A stretch of DNA of 64,000 nucleotides, from assembly GCA_963821825.1 (NCBI GenBank), contig CAWGFD010000002.1, positions 798,734 through 862,733 of the forward strand, read 5' to 3'. The translations under genes and the position numbers were made by a program. Numbering within the stretch: the first letter of the stretch is position 1; each line of letters begins with the position of its first letter. Below are positions 51,644 to 60,651 of the stretch, in pieces. The notes below the pieces were generated by a model. It worked only from the letters and a program-made list of their open reading frames with translations, was not told the DNA's origin and ran no database searches. The DNA is from an uncultured Actinomycetota bacterium (lineage in GTDB: Bacteria > Actinomycetota > Actinomycetes > Actinomycetales > Kineosporiaceae).

Positions 51644-51668
51644 GGGTATAGGTATACCGGGTATACCC
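51644..51668. promoter_or_regulatory. Reiterated GGTATA / GGTATACC / GGGTATACCC palindromes, candidate PadR operator
   Basis: gggtataggtataccgggtataccc lies 29-53 nt upstream of the padR start. It is the only AT-containing palindromic cluster in the 94-bp intergenic region. Confidence 0.45.
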
Positions 51669-51709
51669 ACCTCGGGCAAGCGGCTCCTGCCGAAACGCGG
51701 GCCGATCGG

Positions 51710-52690
51710 TCAGGAGAGGGTGAGCAGCACCTTGCCGATGTGCCCGGACTCGGCCAGCACCTGGTGGGCCTGCGAGGCCCGTTCCATCGGCAGACGTGCA
51801 TGGATGATCGGCCGGACCTGGCGATCGATGATCAGCGGCCAGACGTGCTCGCGGACCGCGGCCACGATCGCCGACTTCTCGGCCACCGGCCGCGCCCGCA
51901 GGCTCGTGGCCAGGACGGCGGCCCGCTTGCTGAGCAGCAGGCCCAGGTCCAGCTCGGCCTTCGTCCCGCCCTGCATCCCGATCACCACCAGCCGTCCGTT
52001 CACGGCCAGGGCCTGCACGTTCCGGTCCAGGTAGGCCGCGCCCATGTTGTCCAGGATGACGTCGGCGCCGCGCCCGTCGGTGGCCTGCCGGACCTGCTCG
52101 ACGAAGTCCTGCTCCTTGTAGTTGATCAGGATCTGCGCCCCCAGCTCGCGGCAGGCCTCCAGCTTGGCCGCGCTACCCGCGGTGACCGCGACCCTCGCGC
52201 CGACCGCGGTGCCGAGCTGGATGGCCATCGTGCCGATCCCGCTGGAGCCACCGTGCACCAGCAGCGTCTCCGAGGGCCGCAGGCCGGCGGACATGAAGAC
52301 GTTGCTCCACACCGTGCAGGTCACCTCGGGCAGGGCGGCGGCGTCCACCAGGTCGATCCCGACCGGAGCGGGCAGCAGCTGCCCGACCGGCACCAGCACC
52401 TTCTCGGCGTACCCGCCGCCGGCCAGCAGGGCGCACACCTCGTCCCCGGGGGAGAAGTCCTCGACGCCCGGGCCGAGCTCGGCCACCCGTCCGCTGACCT
52501 CCAGGCCGGGCCAGTCCACGGTGCCCGGGGGCGGCGGGTAGTGGCCCTGACGCTGCATCAGGTCGGCCCGGTTCACCCCGGCGGCCACCACCTCGACGAC
52601 GACCTCGCCCGGCCCGGGCCGGGGGTCGGCCACCTCGGCCATCTGCAGGACCTCGGGTCCGCCGTACTCGCTGATCACGACTGCCTTCAT
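51710..52690 (-). CDS. NAD(P)H:quinone oxidoreductase (zeta-crystallin/PIG3-type medium-chain reductase)
   Basis: ATG at 52690. MKAVVISEYGGPEVL, GVNRADLMQRQGHYPPPPG, and nucleotide motif VHGGSSGIGTMAIQL. Confidence 0.9.
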   Translation of the reverse strand: MKAVVISEYGGPEVLQMAEVADPRPGPGEVVVEVVAAGVNRADLMQRQGHYPPPPGTVDWPGLEVSGRVAELGPGVEDFSPGDEVCALLAGGGYAEKVLVPVGQLLPAPVGIDLVDAAALPEVTCTVWSNVFMSAGLRPSETLLVHGGSSGIGTMAIQLGTAVGARVAVTAGSAAKLEACRELGAQILINYKEQDFVEQVRQATDGRGADVILDNMGAAYLDRNVQALAVNGRLVVIGMQGGTKAELDLGLLLSKRAAVLATSLRARPVAEKSAIVAAVREHVWPLIIDRQVRPIIHARLPMERASQAHQVLAESGHIGKVLLTLS

Positions 52691-52787
52691 GCCCGGAAGG
52701 CTAGGCCTCCCCGGCGGGCGGCACTTCCCGGGCGGCGCCGTCGCCGGCCGGGGTGCCCGACGCGAGGCGGTGGCTAGCCTCGGAGCG

Positions 52788-53657
52788 GTGAGCAGCACGC
52801 AGACCTTCGCCGACCACCTCGCTCGGGCGCTCGGCGTCGCGATCGGTGAGCTGAGCCCGGTCGGCGGTGGCGACGTCGCCCAGTCCTACCGGGTGCGCAC
52901 CGACGACGGCCGCACCCTGTTCGCCAAGACGCATGCCGACCCGCCGCCGCGGTTCTTCACCAGCGAGGGCGAGGGCCTGCGCTGGCTGGCCCAGGCCAAG
53001 GCCCTGCCGGTGCCCGAGGTGGTGGCGATGGCCGACGAGCCGGTGGGCTACCTGGTCCTGGAGTGGGTCGCTCAGGGCCGCCGCGGCTCGGCCCGGGCCG
53101 AGGCCGACTTCGGCCGGGGGCTGGCCCGGCTGCACCGGGCCGGGGCACCCTGCTTCGGTCGCACCGACGGCACCGGGCACGGCAGCCTGGGTCTGCCCAA
53201 CGACCCCTTCGAGCGGTGGGCGGACTTCTACGCCCAGGACCGGCTGCTGCCGTTGGCGGCCATCGCCCGCCGGCGTGGTTCGTTGCCCGAGCGCGACTGC
53301 GCGGCGCTCGAACGGCTGGCCGGTGAGCTGGGGGGCCTGGGGGTGCCGGACGAGCCGCCGGCCCGGCTGCACGGGGACCTGTGGGCCGGCAACCGGCTGG
53401 TGGACAGCGACGGGGCCTCCTGGCTGATCGACCCCTCCGCGCACGGCGGTCACCGGGAGTACGACCTGGCCATGATGGCGCTGTTCGGTGGTTTCGGTGA
53501 GGAGGCGTTCGCGGCCTACGACGCCGAGCACCCGCTGGGCCGCGGCTGGCCGGAGCGGGTCGCCCTGCACCAGGTCGCCCCGCTGGTGGTGCACGCGATC
53601 AAGTTCGGCGGCGGGTACGCCGGGTCCGCGGCCCGGGCCATCCACAGCTACCTGTGA
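52788..53657 (+). CDS. Fructosamine/ketosamine-3-kinase family protein
   Basis: GTG at 52788. Catalytic loop RLHGDLWAGN. LIDPSAHGGHREYDLAMM is typical of the family. Confidence 0.85.
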   Translation: MSSTQTFADHLARALGVAIGELSPVGGGDVAQSYRVRTDDGRTLFAKTHADPPPRFFTSEGEGLRWLAQAKALPVPEVVAMADEPVGYLVLEWVAQGRRGSARAEADFGRGLARLHRAGAPCFGRTDGTGHGSLGLPNDPFERWADFYAQDRLLPLAAIARRRGSLPERDCAALERLAGELGGLGVPDEPPARLHGDLWAGNRLVDSDGASWLIDPSAHGGHREYDLAMMALFGGFGEEAFAAYDAEHPLGRGWPERVALHQVAPLVVHAIKFGGGYAGSAARAIHSYL

Positions 53658-53696
53658 GCCCTGCCTGACCGGGGCCGACTCGGCGGAGCCGGCGGC

Positions 53697-54308
53697 TCAG
53701 GCGGCGGTCCGCCGCCGGTCGCCACCGCCCAGGGGCTGCGAGCCCGGCTCGGTCCAGCACAGCAGGTCGCGCTGGCGCGGGCTGAGCGCGCTGGGCCGGC
53801 TGCGCGCCGGCCCGTGCAGGGCCAGCCTGGCCACCGCGCCGTTCAGCGCGCCCAGGCCGAGGCCGACTCCGTTCAGCAGCACGTCGTCGATGTCGCTGGT
53901 CCGGCCCAGGTGGTGCTGGGCCAGCTCGATGCCCACCGACAGGGCCATCCCGGCCCAGAACACCCGGCCCAGCCGCCAGCCCAGCGCCGGGCCGGCCAGC
54001 AGACCCAGCGGGAACAGCAGGACCAGGTTGCCGACCAGGTTCGCCACCCCCAGCCAGCCGTTGTCGAGCTGGATCGCGATCCCGTCGCCGGGAACGAGGT
54101 TGACCCCGCTCAGGCCCGGCGCGCCGGGGGTCAGGGTGAGGGCCAGGACGAGGAGCAGCCAGGCCACCAGCAGCACCCGGCTCACCACGACCAGGGCGGC
54201 GCGCGGGCCCCGGTGACGCAGGGCGAGGCGGCCCTCGAACCAGGCCAGGACGGCGACCGCCGCCGTGGCGCCGAGGACGGCGGCCAGGTCGGACCACGGG
54301 AAGCTCAT
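53697..54308 (-). CDS. VanZ-like membrane protein
   Basis: 203 aa with four TM helices. GNLVLLFPLGLL and GIELAQHHLGRTSDIDDVLLN resemble the VanZ core. Confidence 0.6.
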   Translation of the reverse strand: MSFPWSDLAAVLGATAAVAVLAWFEGRLALRHRGPRAALVVVSRVLLVAWLLLVLALTLTPGAPGLSGVNLVPGDGIAIQLDNGWLGVANLVGNLVLLFPLGLLAGPALGWRLGRVFWAGMALSVGIELAQHHLGRTSDIDDVLLNGVGLGLGALNGAVARLALHGPARSRPSALSPRQRDLLCWTEPGSQPLGGGDRRRTAA

Positions 54309-54469
54309 GAGACCAGGATCGGCGCCGTCCCTGGGCGGATCAGGCCCTGATGCTGGGAGCGGGCTGTGCGTGCGCCCAGCACCTGAGACGCCTGTCAGCG
54401 CGGGCCCGCTACCGGGCGATGGTCAGGGCGGGCGCGGGAACGCCGTCGAGGGGTCGGGCTGGCGAGGGG

Positions 54470-55654
54470 TCAGGCGAGGGCGATGGTCAGCTCGAGGACG
54501 GCCCGCGGGTCGTTCAGCGCGTCGCCGAACACCTCGCGCAGCTGCTGCACCCGGTAGCGGACGGTCTGCGGGTGCACGAACAGCTCCGCGGCGACGGCGT
54601 CCCGGCGGCCGTGGTTGAGCAGCCACGAACGCAGCGTCTCGGCCAGCTTGTCGGCCTTGGCCGGGCCGAGCCCGGCCAGCGGTGCCAGCACCCGGCTCCG
54701 CAGGTCCGCCCGGGCCTCCGGATCGGCCCGCAGGACCAGGTCGACCAGGTGCTCCTCGGTGTCGCTGCCCGGCAGGCCCAGCTCCTGGGCCCGTACCGCG
54801 CGGGCGTAGGAGCCGGCCACCGCGGTCCACGGCCGGGCCGGTCCGACGACCCCTGCGGCCTCCGCCACCGTCCCCACCAGAGCGGTCCGCGCCCGGCCGT
54901 GCGCGTCGGGCACCAGCACGACCACCCAGCCCTCACGCCCCGGGGTCTCCTCGGTGAACCGCAGCGCGGCGTCGTCCACCGCCATCAGCACCGGCCGGGC
55001 CCGAGCCTCCGGCACCAGCGCGGCGGTCAGCGTCTCCGGCTCCACCCAGCCCGCCTGCTCGGCGGACTGCCGCACCGTCTCCGCTGGCTCGCCCACCAGC
55101 AGGGCCCGGCCCAGCCGTTCCAGGATCCGCTGCCGAACCCGGCCGGTGGTGGCCAGCTCGTCGGTGTGCCCGGCGGCGCTGGCCGCCGACAGCTCGTCGA
55201 TGTAGGCGAACACCAGCTCGGCGAACCGGGCCACCGTCGCGGCGTCCGTGCCGCCCTCGACGGCGCTGGCCGACATCTCCCGCCAGGAGACCCGGGCGCC
55301 GATCCGGTAGGCGGCCAGCAACGCCTCCATCGACCGCCCGCTGCGCGCCTCCCCGCGGCCGAGCTGGTAGGCGCCCTGCAGGGCCGGGGCCGCCGGGGTC
55401 AGTGGGTCCGGCCCGCCGCGACCGGAGGCCAGCACGATGAACCCGCCCAGCGCCAGCTGGACGGCGTTCTGGATGTTCTGCCCGATGGGCCCGCTCAGCG
55501 CCCCGGCGTAGCTGGGCACCTCCGCCATGATCGCCGCGACGGTCTGGGCGGCCACCGACGGCAGCCGGGAGCGCATCCGCTCCAGGGTCTGCCCGGTCAG
55601 GTCCAGCCCGGGTTCGACGGTCGGCCGCAGCCCGGACGGCGTCTGGTCCGTCAT
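54470..55654 (-). CDS. PucR-family transcriptional regulator
   Basis: C-terminal PucR HTH LAETLRSWLLNHGRRDAVAAELFVHPQTVRYRVQQLREVFG. ATG at 55654 (alternative GTG at 55690). Divergent from the reductase/desaturase pair. Confidence 0.8.
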   Translation of the reverse strand: MTDQTPSGLRPTVEPGLDLTGQTLERMRSRLPSVAAQTVAAIMAEVPSYAGALSGPIGQNIQNAVQLALGGFIVLASGRGGPDPLTPAAPALQGAYQLGRGEARSGRSMEALLAAYRIGARVSWREMSASAVEGGTDAATVARFAELVFAYIDELSAASAAGHTDELATTGRVRQRILERLGRALLVGEPAETVRQSAEQAGWVEPETLTAALVPEARARPVLMAVDDAALRFTEETPGREGWVVVLVPDAHGRARTALVGTVAEAAGVVGPARPWTAVAGSYARAVRAQELGLPGSDTEEHLVDLVLRADPEARADLRSRVLAPLAGLGPAKADKLAETLRSWLLNHGRRDAVAAELFVHPQTVRYRVQQLREVFGDALNDPRAVLELTIALA

Positions 55655-55736
55655 CTGTTCGCTCCGAACAATCTGTGGATCCCGGTTCACGCCCTCAGGT
55701 CATGACTTTACCCTCCTGTGCGGGCACTGTAGAGAC

Positions 55737-56840
55737 ATGAGCAGACCAGCACCGATCCGCGCCCGGGTCCCCGACCCGCTCCGCCTGTTCGGCCGCGGTC
55801 TGCGGCGGGTGGCCGAGTACGCCGTCACCCCGCTGGTGCCCAGCGACTACCTGGACATCTTCGACCCGCTGCGGTCGGGTGCCGACCTGCGCGGGCGGAT
55901 CGTGGCGATCGTGCCCGAGACCGCCGAGTCGGCCACCGTGGTGATCCGGCCGGGCGCCGGCTGGCGCCCGCACCGTCCCGGCCAGTACATCCGGCTCGGG
56001 GTCGACGTCGACGGCGTCCGGCAGTGGCGTGCCTACTCGCTCACCTCGGACCTGTCCCGGCAGGACGGCTGCATCGCCGTCACCGTCAAGGCGATCCCGG
56101 ACGGCAAGGTCAGCAACCACCTCGTGCACCGCGCCCGGCCCGGCACCCTCGTCCAGCTCGACCAGGCCGCCGGGGAGTTCGTCCTGCCTGCGGCGCCCCC
56201 GGCCAAGGTGCTGTTCGTGACCGCGGGCTCGGGCATCACCCCGGTGATGGGCATCCTGCGCAACCACCGCGCCGACCTCACCGACGTCGTCCTGCTGCAC
56301 TCCGCGCCGACCGCGGAGCAGGTCGTCTTCGGCCGCGAGCTGCGGGCGCTGGCCGCGGCCGGTGCGATCCGGCTGGTCGAACGGCACACCGACGCCGACG
56401 GCCCGCTGGACGCCGCCGCGATCGCCGAGCTGGTCCCCGACCTGGCCGAGCGCACCACCTGGGCGTGCGGCCCGGTCGGTCTGCTGGAGATGCTCGAGAA
56501 GCACTGGGCCGACATCGGGCTCGGCGACCAGCTGGTCACCGAACGGTTCCGGCCCACCGTCCTGGTCACCGGGCAGGGCGGCACGCTCACCTTCACCCGC
56601 TCCGGCACCGTGCTGGAGGCCGACGGTGCCACCCCGATCCTGGACGCCGCCGAGCAGGCCGGCGTCCTGATGCCGAGCGGCTGCCGGATGGGCATCTGCT
56701 ACGGCTGTGTGCTGCCGCTGCGCGAGGGCGCCGTCCGCGACCTGCGCAACGGCGAGATCACCACCGCCGTCCCGGGGGACGGCGTCCGGATCCAGACCTG
56801 CATCAACGCCGCCGCCGGCGCCTGCGACATCGAGCACTGA
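55737..56840 (+). CDS. Ferredoxin-NADP reductase-type flavoprotein with C-terminal 2Fe-2S ferredoxin domain (desaturase electron donor, Rv3230c-like)
   Basis: FAD motif WRAYSLTS. NAD motif VTAGSGITPVMG. Plant-type 2Fe-2S SGCRMGICYGC...C. Confidence 0.85.
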   Translation: MSRPAPIRARVPDPLRLFGRGLRRVAEYAVTPLVPSDYLDIFDPLRSGADLRGRIVAIVPETAESATVVIRPGAGWRPHRPGQYIRLGVDVDGVRQWRAYSLTSDLSRQDGCIAVTVKAIPDGKVSNHLVHRARPGTLVQLDQAAGEFVLPAAPPAKVLFVTAGSGITPVMGILRNHRADLTDVVLLHSAPTAEQVVFGRELRALAAAGAIRLVERHTDADGPLDAAAIAELVPDLAERTTWACGPVGLLEMLEKHWADIGLGDQLVTERFRPTVLVTGQGGTLTFTRSGTVLEADGATPILDAAEQAGVLMPSGCRMGICYGCVLPLREGAVRDLRNGEITTAVPGDGVRIQTCINAAAGACDIEH

Positions 56841-56880
56841 CCCCGCCATCCCGCCCTCGACCCACCTCCCGGAGGCACCC

Positions 56881-58083
56881 ATGACCGTTGTGCAGAACAA
56901 GCCGACCAGCCCGATCTCCCACCTGTCCTTCGAGGACGTCGAGCAGCTCGGCAAGGAGCTGGACGCCATCCGGCAGCGGGTGCTGGACGAGCGCGGGGAG
57001 AGCGACGCCCGCTACATCCGCACCGTGATCGACGTTCAGCGCAAGCTGGAGCTGGGCAGCCGGGCGGTGCTGCTGTTCTCCCTGTTCCCGCCGGCCTGGG
57101 TGGTCGGCACGGCCGGGCTCAGCGTGGCCAAGATCCTGGAGAACATGGAGATCGGGCACAACGTGATGCACGGCCAGTGGGACTGGATGCGCGACCCGAA
57201 GATCCACTCCACCACCTGGGAGTGGGACAACGCCTCCCCGGCCGAGCAGTGGAAGCACTCCCACAACGAGCTGCACCACACGTACACGAACGTGATCGGC
57301 AAGGACAACGACCTCGGCTACGGCATCATGCGGGTCGACGAGGACCAGCGCTGGGTGCCGATGTACCTGGCCCAGCCGGTCTGGAACTTCATCAACGCCT
57401 GCTTCTTCGAGTACGGGATCGCGGCCTACGACCTGGAGCTGCTGAAGAACCTGCCCTCCAAGCGGCGGCGCTCGGCCCCGGTGTTCAAGGCCAAGGTGCG
57501 TCAGACGCTGCGCAAGATCGGCAAGCAGATGACCAAGGACTACGTGGTGCACCCGCTGCTGTCCGGGCCCTCCTTCGCCCAGACGATGGGGGCGAACTTC
57601 GTGGCCAACCTGGTGCGCAACCTGTGGACCAACTCGGTGATCATGTGCGGGCACTTCCCGGAGGGCGTCGAGACCTTCGAGCGCACCTCGATCGAGGGCG
57701 AGACCCGCGGTGAGTGGTACCTGCGCCAGATGCTCGGCTCGGCCAACATCTCCGGCGGCCGGGCGATGCACCTGATGACCGGCAACCTGTCCCACCAGAT
57801 CGAGCACCACCTGTTCCCGGACCTGCCCAGCAACCGGTACGCCGAGATCGCCCCCCAGGTGCGCGAGCTGTTCGAGAAGTACGGGCTGAACTACCACTCC
57901 GCGCCGCTGGTCAACCAGGTCGCCTCCGCCTGGCACAAGGTGGTCCGGCTGTCGCTGCCCAACGGCTGGGTCGAGGAGACGACGGTGCGCAACGCGCCGT
58001 CCCAGCTGGCCAGGCTCTACCGGATGACCACCGGCGGCAGCGCCGCGCGCCGTCGGCCGGCCGCCGCCGCCGCCGCCGCCTGA
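56881..58083 (+). CDS. Membrane acyl-CoA/fatty-acid desaturase (DesA3-like)
   Basis: GGAGG SD. Three His boxes: EIGHNVMHG, HSHNELHH and HQIEHHLFP. Confidence 0.9.
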   Translation: MTVVQNKPTSPISHLSFEDVEQLGKELDAIRQRVLDERGESDARYIRTVIDVQRKLELGSRAVLLFSLFPPAWVVGTAGLSVAKILENMEIGHNVMHGQWDWMRDPKIHSTTWEWDNASPAEQWKHSHNELHHTYTNVIGKDNDLGYGIMRVDEDQRWVPMYLAQPVWNFINACFFEYGIAAYDLELLKNLPSKRRRSAPVFKAKVRQTLRKIGKQMTKDYVVHPLLSGPSFAQTMGANFVANLVRNLWTNSVIMCGHFPEGVETFERTSIEGETRGEWYLRQMLGSANISGGRAMHLMTGNLSHQIEHHLFPDLPSNRYAEIAPQVRELFEKYGLNYHSAPLVNQVASAWHKVVRLSLPNGWVEETTVRNAPSQLARLYRMTTGGSAARRRPAAAAAAA

Positions 58084-58109
58084 GCCTGCAGTTCCGCCCG
58101 CCCCCTCAC

Positions 58110-58170
58110 GATCGCGCCGATTCGCACGGATCCAACGCTCGCGCACCGGATCCGTGCGAATCGGGCGATC
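58110..58170. terminator. Long imperfect inverted repeat (17 bp + 1-nt bulge + 6 bp stem, 14-nt loop) 27 nt after the desaturase stop
   Basis: gatcgcgccgattcgcacggatcc-aacgctcgcgcacc-ggatccgtgcgaatcgggcgatc. No U-tract. Could be a terminator or a protein-binding site. Confidence 0.4.
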
Positions 58171-58365
58171 ATGGGGCCAGGACGGTGACGGCGTCACCCC
58201 GGCCGAGTGCATCGAGGCCGGCGACGATCTGCCGGAGGCTGCGGTGCACGCCTGCGAGGCCTGGACGCCCTGCCAGCCTGCCTCAGGATGAGCAGGACCG
58301 GCATGAAGCCCGCTCACCCCGGCGGACGACCGGCATCCGCCTGCTCGCCCATGAGGGGGCCCAGC

Positions 58366-60165
58366 TCAGGCGCGGGGTCGCTGAAGCGCGTCCTGGGTGG
58401 CGTAGGCCAGGCTTCGTACTGCTCCCCGCAGTTCGCGCTGCACCTGGCGTCGGCGCCCGCCGGCGGGGTGCGACATCGACCGCACCAGCATCTGCGGCGA
58501 CGTCGCCCCGGTGACCTCAATCCTCGGGAGGGCGTACCGGCGTCCCTTCGCGACCGAGCCGGTCCGGTCACCGAGGGCGAAGCCCATCGAGTAGCCAGCC
58601 TTCTCGGTCAGCCGGCGGACACGAGCAGTGTGCTCGCCGTACGGGTAGGCCAGCGCCGACGCAGCCGGCAGGCCGAGCTCCTGCAGAGCGGTTCGAGCCT
58701 GTGCGAGGTCCTCACGCAGCCGTTGGGTGCGCATCATCGGCAGGTGGTCGTGGCGGCTGGTGTGCGAACCCACTTCCCAGCCCTGGTCGCTGAGCTGGAG
58801 GAGCTGGTCGCGGCTCATCAGAGGCAGGCGTCCCACCCCTGTGCCGTCGTCCCAGCGGTTCCACGTCCCGATCAGGTCGGTCACGACGAAGACCAACGCC
58901 GGGATCCCGAGGCGGTGCAGGATGGGCGCCGCGTTCTCCCAGGTGCTCAGGTACCCGTCGTCGAAGGTCAGCAGGACGCTGGGCCGCGTCGCCAGCCGAC
59001 CCCCGAGGAGGTCGCGGTACTCGGCGAGGGTGACGAACTCGAAGCCCGCCTGGCGCACCGCGACCAGCTGAGCCTCGAACGCCTCGGGGGTGACGCTGTA
59101 AGGGTTGGCCGCCACGCCTTCGCCGGCCGGGTCATCCACACCGTGGTAGGCCAGAACACGAACCGGCGCTGTCGTGCTGGGCAGCCCCCCGCCCTCCCGG
59201 ACTCCGAGCCAGTAGCTGAGGCTGCGCAGCTGGGTGAACGCCCACCGGGTCGGCAGGTCGCTGGCTCCGGACCCGGCTCGTTCCACCAGAAGACGGCTGA
59301 TGGCCGAGCCGACCCGGTGCAGCGGTGGGGAGCTGATGCCGGCGAGCGCGGTCCAGAAGCGCCCGCCACCATGGCTGGCGCGCAACCGGGCGCCGAGCAC
59401 CGGGTGTTTCGCAGCCAGCTGCGCGTCTGCCCGTCCGCCCTGACGCCACTGCCGCAGGTGCTGGGCGGGAGTCACCACGTACAGCTGGTGGGCGACAGCA
59501 TCGGGAGAGTATCTGACGTCTGCGCCGCTACGGATGAGACGGAATCCGAAGTCGCTGTCTTCGGCTCCGAAGGATCCGTCGGCGTTGAACGACGCGTCGA
59601 ATCCACCGAGAGCGTCGAAGACGCTGTGTCGGACCGACAGCTGGCCGGTGAGCAGATCGCCGATCTGCAGCTTGTGGTCGGTGCGGCTCAGTCGTTCTCG
59701 ACGTCTCCTGGTCCAGCGTTCGACGCCGGCGCTGACCAGGGTCGGCGGAGAGTCGGGATGGATCGGGATGTCGCCGATCACGGCGTCCGCTCCGGCCGCG
59801 TACACCTTCTCGTGCTCCAGCAGAAGGTCGGCCTCGACAATCATGTCGTCGTCCAGGAACAGGACGATCTCGCCCTGGGCTGCTCGTGCGCCGGCGTTCC
59901 TCGCCGCCGCGGCTCCTGCGTTCGGCTGGGAGATGACGCGTAGCGGGACCGATAGGGGCAAGGCGCTCAGTGCCTCGGCGCTGCCGTCAGTGGACCCGTC
60001 CACCACCACGATCACCTCGACCGGCCAGCTGAGCCGCAGCTCGCCCACGTGGCGCAGCGTGTTGAGGACCACCTCACGGCGGTTGTAGGTCGGGATGACG
60101 ATGCTGTACCGCGGTAGGCCCGTCGCGGGGCGACGGTGCGCCGGGTATTCCTTCTCGGCCAGCAT
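58366..60165 (-). CDS. Fusion protein: N-terminal GT2 glycosyltransferase plus C-terminal NodB-type polysaccharide deacetylase
   Basis: ATG at 60165 is preceded by GGGAGAG (alternative ATG at 60189). GT2 motifs YSIVIPTYNR and LFLDDDM. NodB motifs LLTFDDGY and GSHTSRHDHL. Noticeably more A/T-ending and rare codons (cta, aga, agg, cga, gga, gaa) than neighbouring genes. Confidence 0.8.
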   Translation of the reverse strand: MLAEKEYPAHRRPATGLPRYSIVIPTYNRREVVLNTLRHVGELRLSWPVEVIVVVDGSTDGSAEALSALPLSVPLRVISQPNAGAAAARNAGARAAQGEIVLFLDDDMIVEADLLLEHEKVYAAGADAVIGDIPIHPDSPPTLVSAGVERWTRRRRERLSRTDHKLQIGDLLTGQLSVRHSVFDALGGFDASFNADGSFGAEDSDFGFRLIRSGADVRYSPDAVAHQLYVVTPAQHLRQWRQGGRADAQLAAKHPVLGARLRASHGGGRFWTALAGISSPPLHRVGSAISRLLVERAGSGASDLPTRWAFTQLRSLSYWLGVREGGGLPSTTAPVRVLAYHGVDDPAGEGVAANPYSVTPEAFEAQLVAVRQAGFEFVTLAEYRDLLGGRLATRPSVLLTFDDGYLSTWENAAPILHRLGIPALVFVVTDLIGTWNRWDDGTGVGRLPLMSRDQLLQLSDQGWEVGSHTSRHDHLPMMRTQRLREDLAQARTALQELGLPAASALAYPYGEHTARVRRLTEKAGYSMGFALGDRTGSVAKGRRYALPRIEVTGATSPQMLVRSMSHPAGGRRRQVQRELRGAVRSLAYATQDALQRPRA

Positions 60166-60651
60166 GGCTCTCCCACCGCGAGGTCGCATCGCGTTGCTCT
60201 TGGTCGTCCACGACGACCGATCGACCTCTGGAGCGTAAGCCGGGCGGATGCACGGCGTCAGCAGGGGCGAGCAATCGACCCCCATCCGGCCGAACACCTG
60301 AGAGCGCGCAAGGCTCTGGTCGCCGGGGAGGGCGGCGCGCAGCGGCGGCAGATTGTCGGAAACCTCCGTGGCTGTGGGGGTCTGACTCGGTCTGAGCCGG
60401 TTCGGAGCCTCGCATCACGCGCGTCAAGTCGGTACCGGCGGTCATTCGGGGCGGCGGTGGCGCTCGCCGGCGACGGGCGTGGGCGCGCTCGTCTCGTCGG
60501 AGCCGGCTGAGGACGGCGGTGTGCCGTGCCCGGTTGGCTGGCCGTCCCCAGAGCGGTTGAGCCGGTCAGCGCGGTGAGGACAGCAGGAGGCACGCCTACC
60601 GCTGCCGGCCGTCAGCCCATCACCGATGAACCGACCTGGCCAGCCTCACCG

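Noticed and set aside
58084-60651. Mobile genetic element or genomic island call
   Set aside because: There is atypical codon usage and flanking non-coding DNA, but no integrase, transposase, tRNA target or flanking direct repeats. It is reported only as a compositional anomaly, not as a mobile element.
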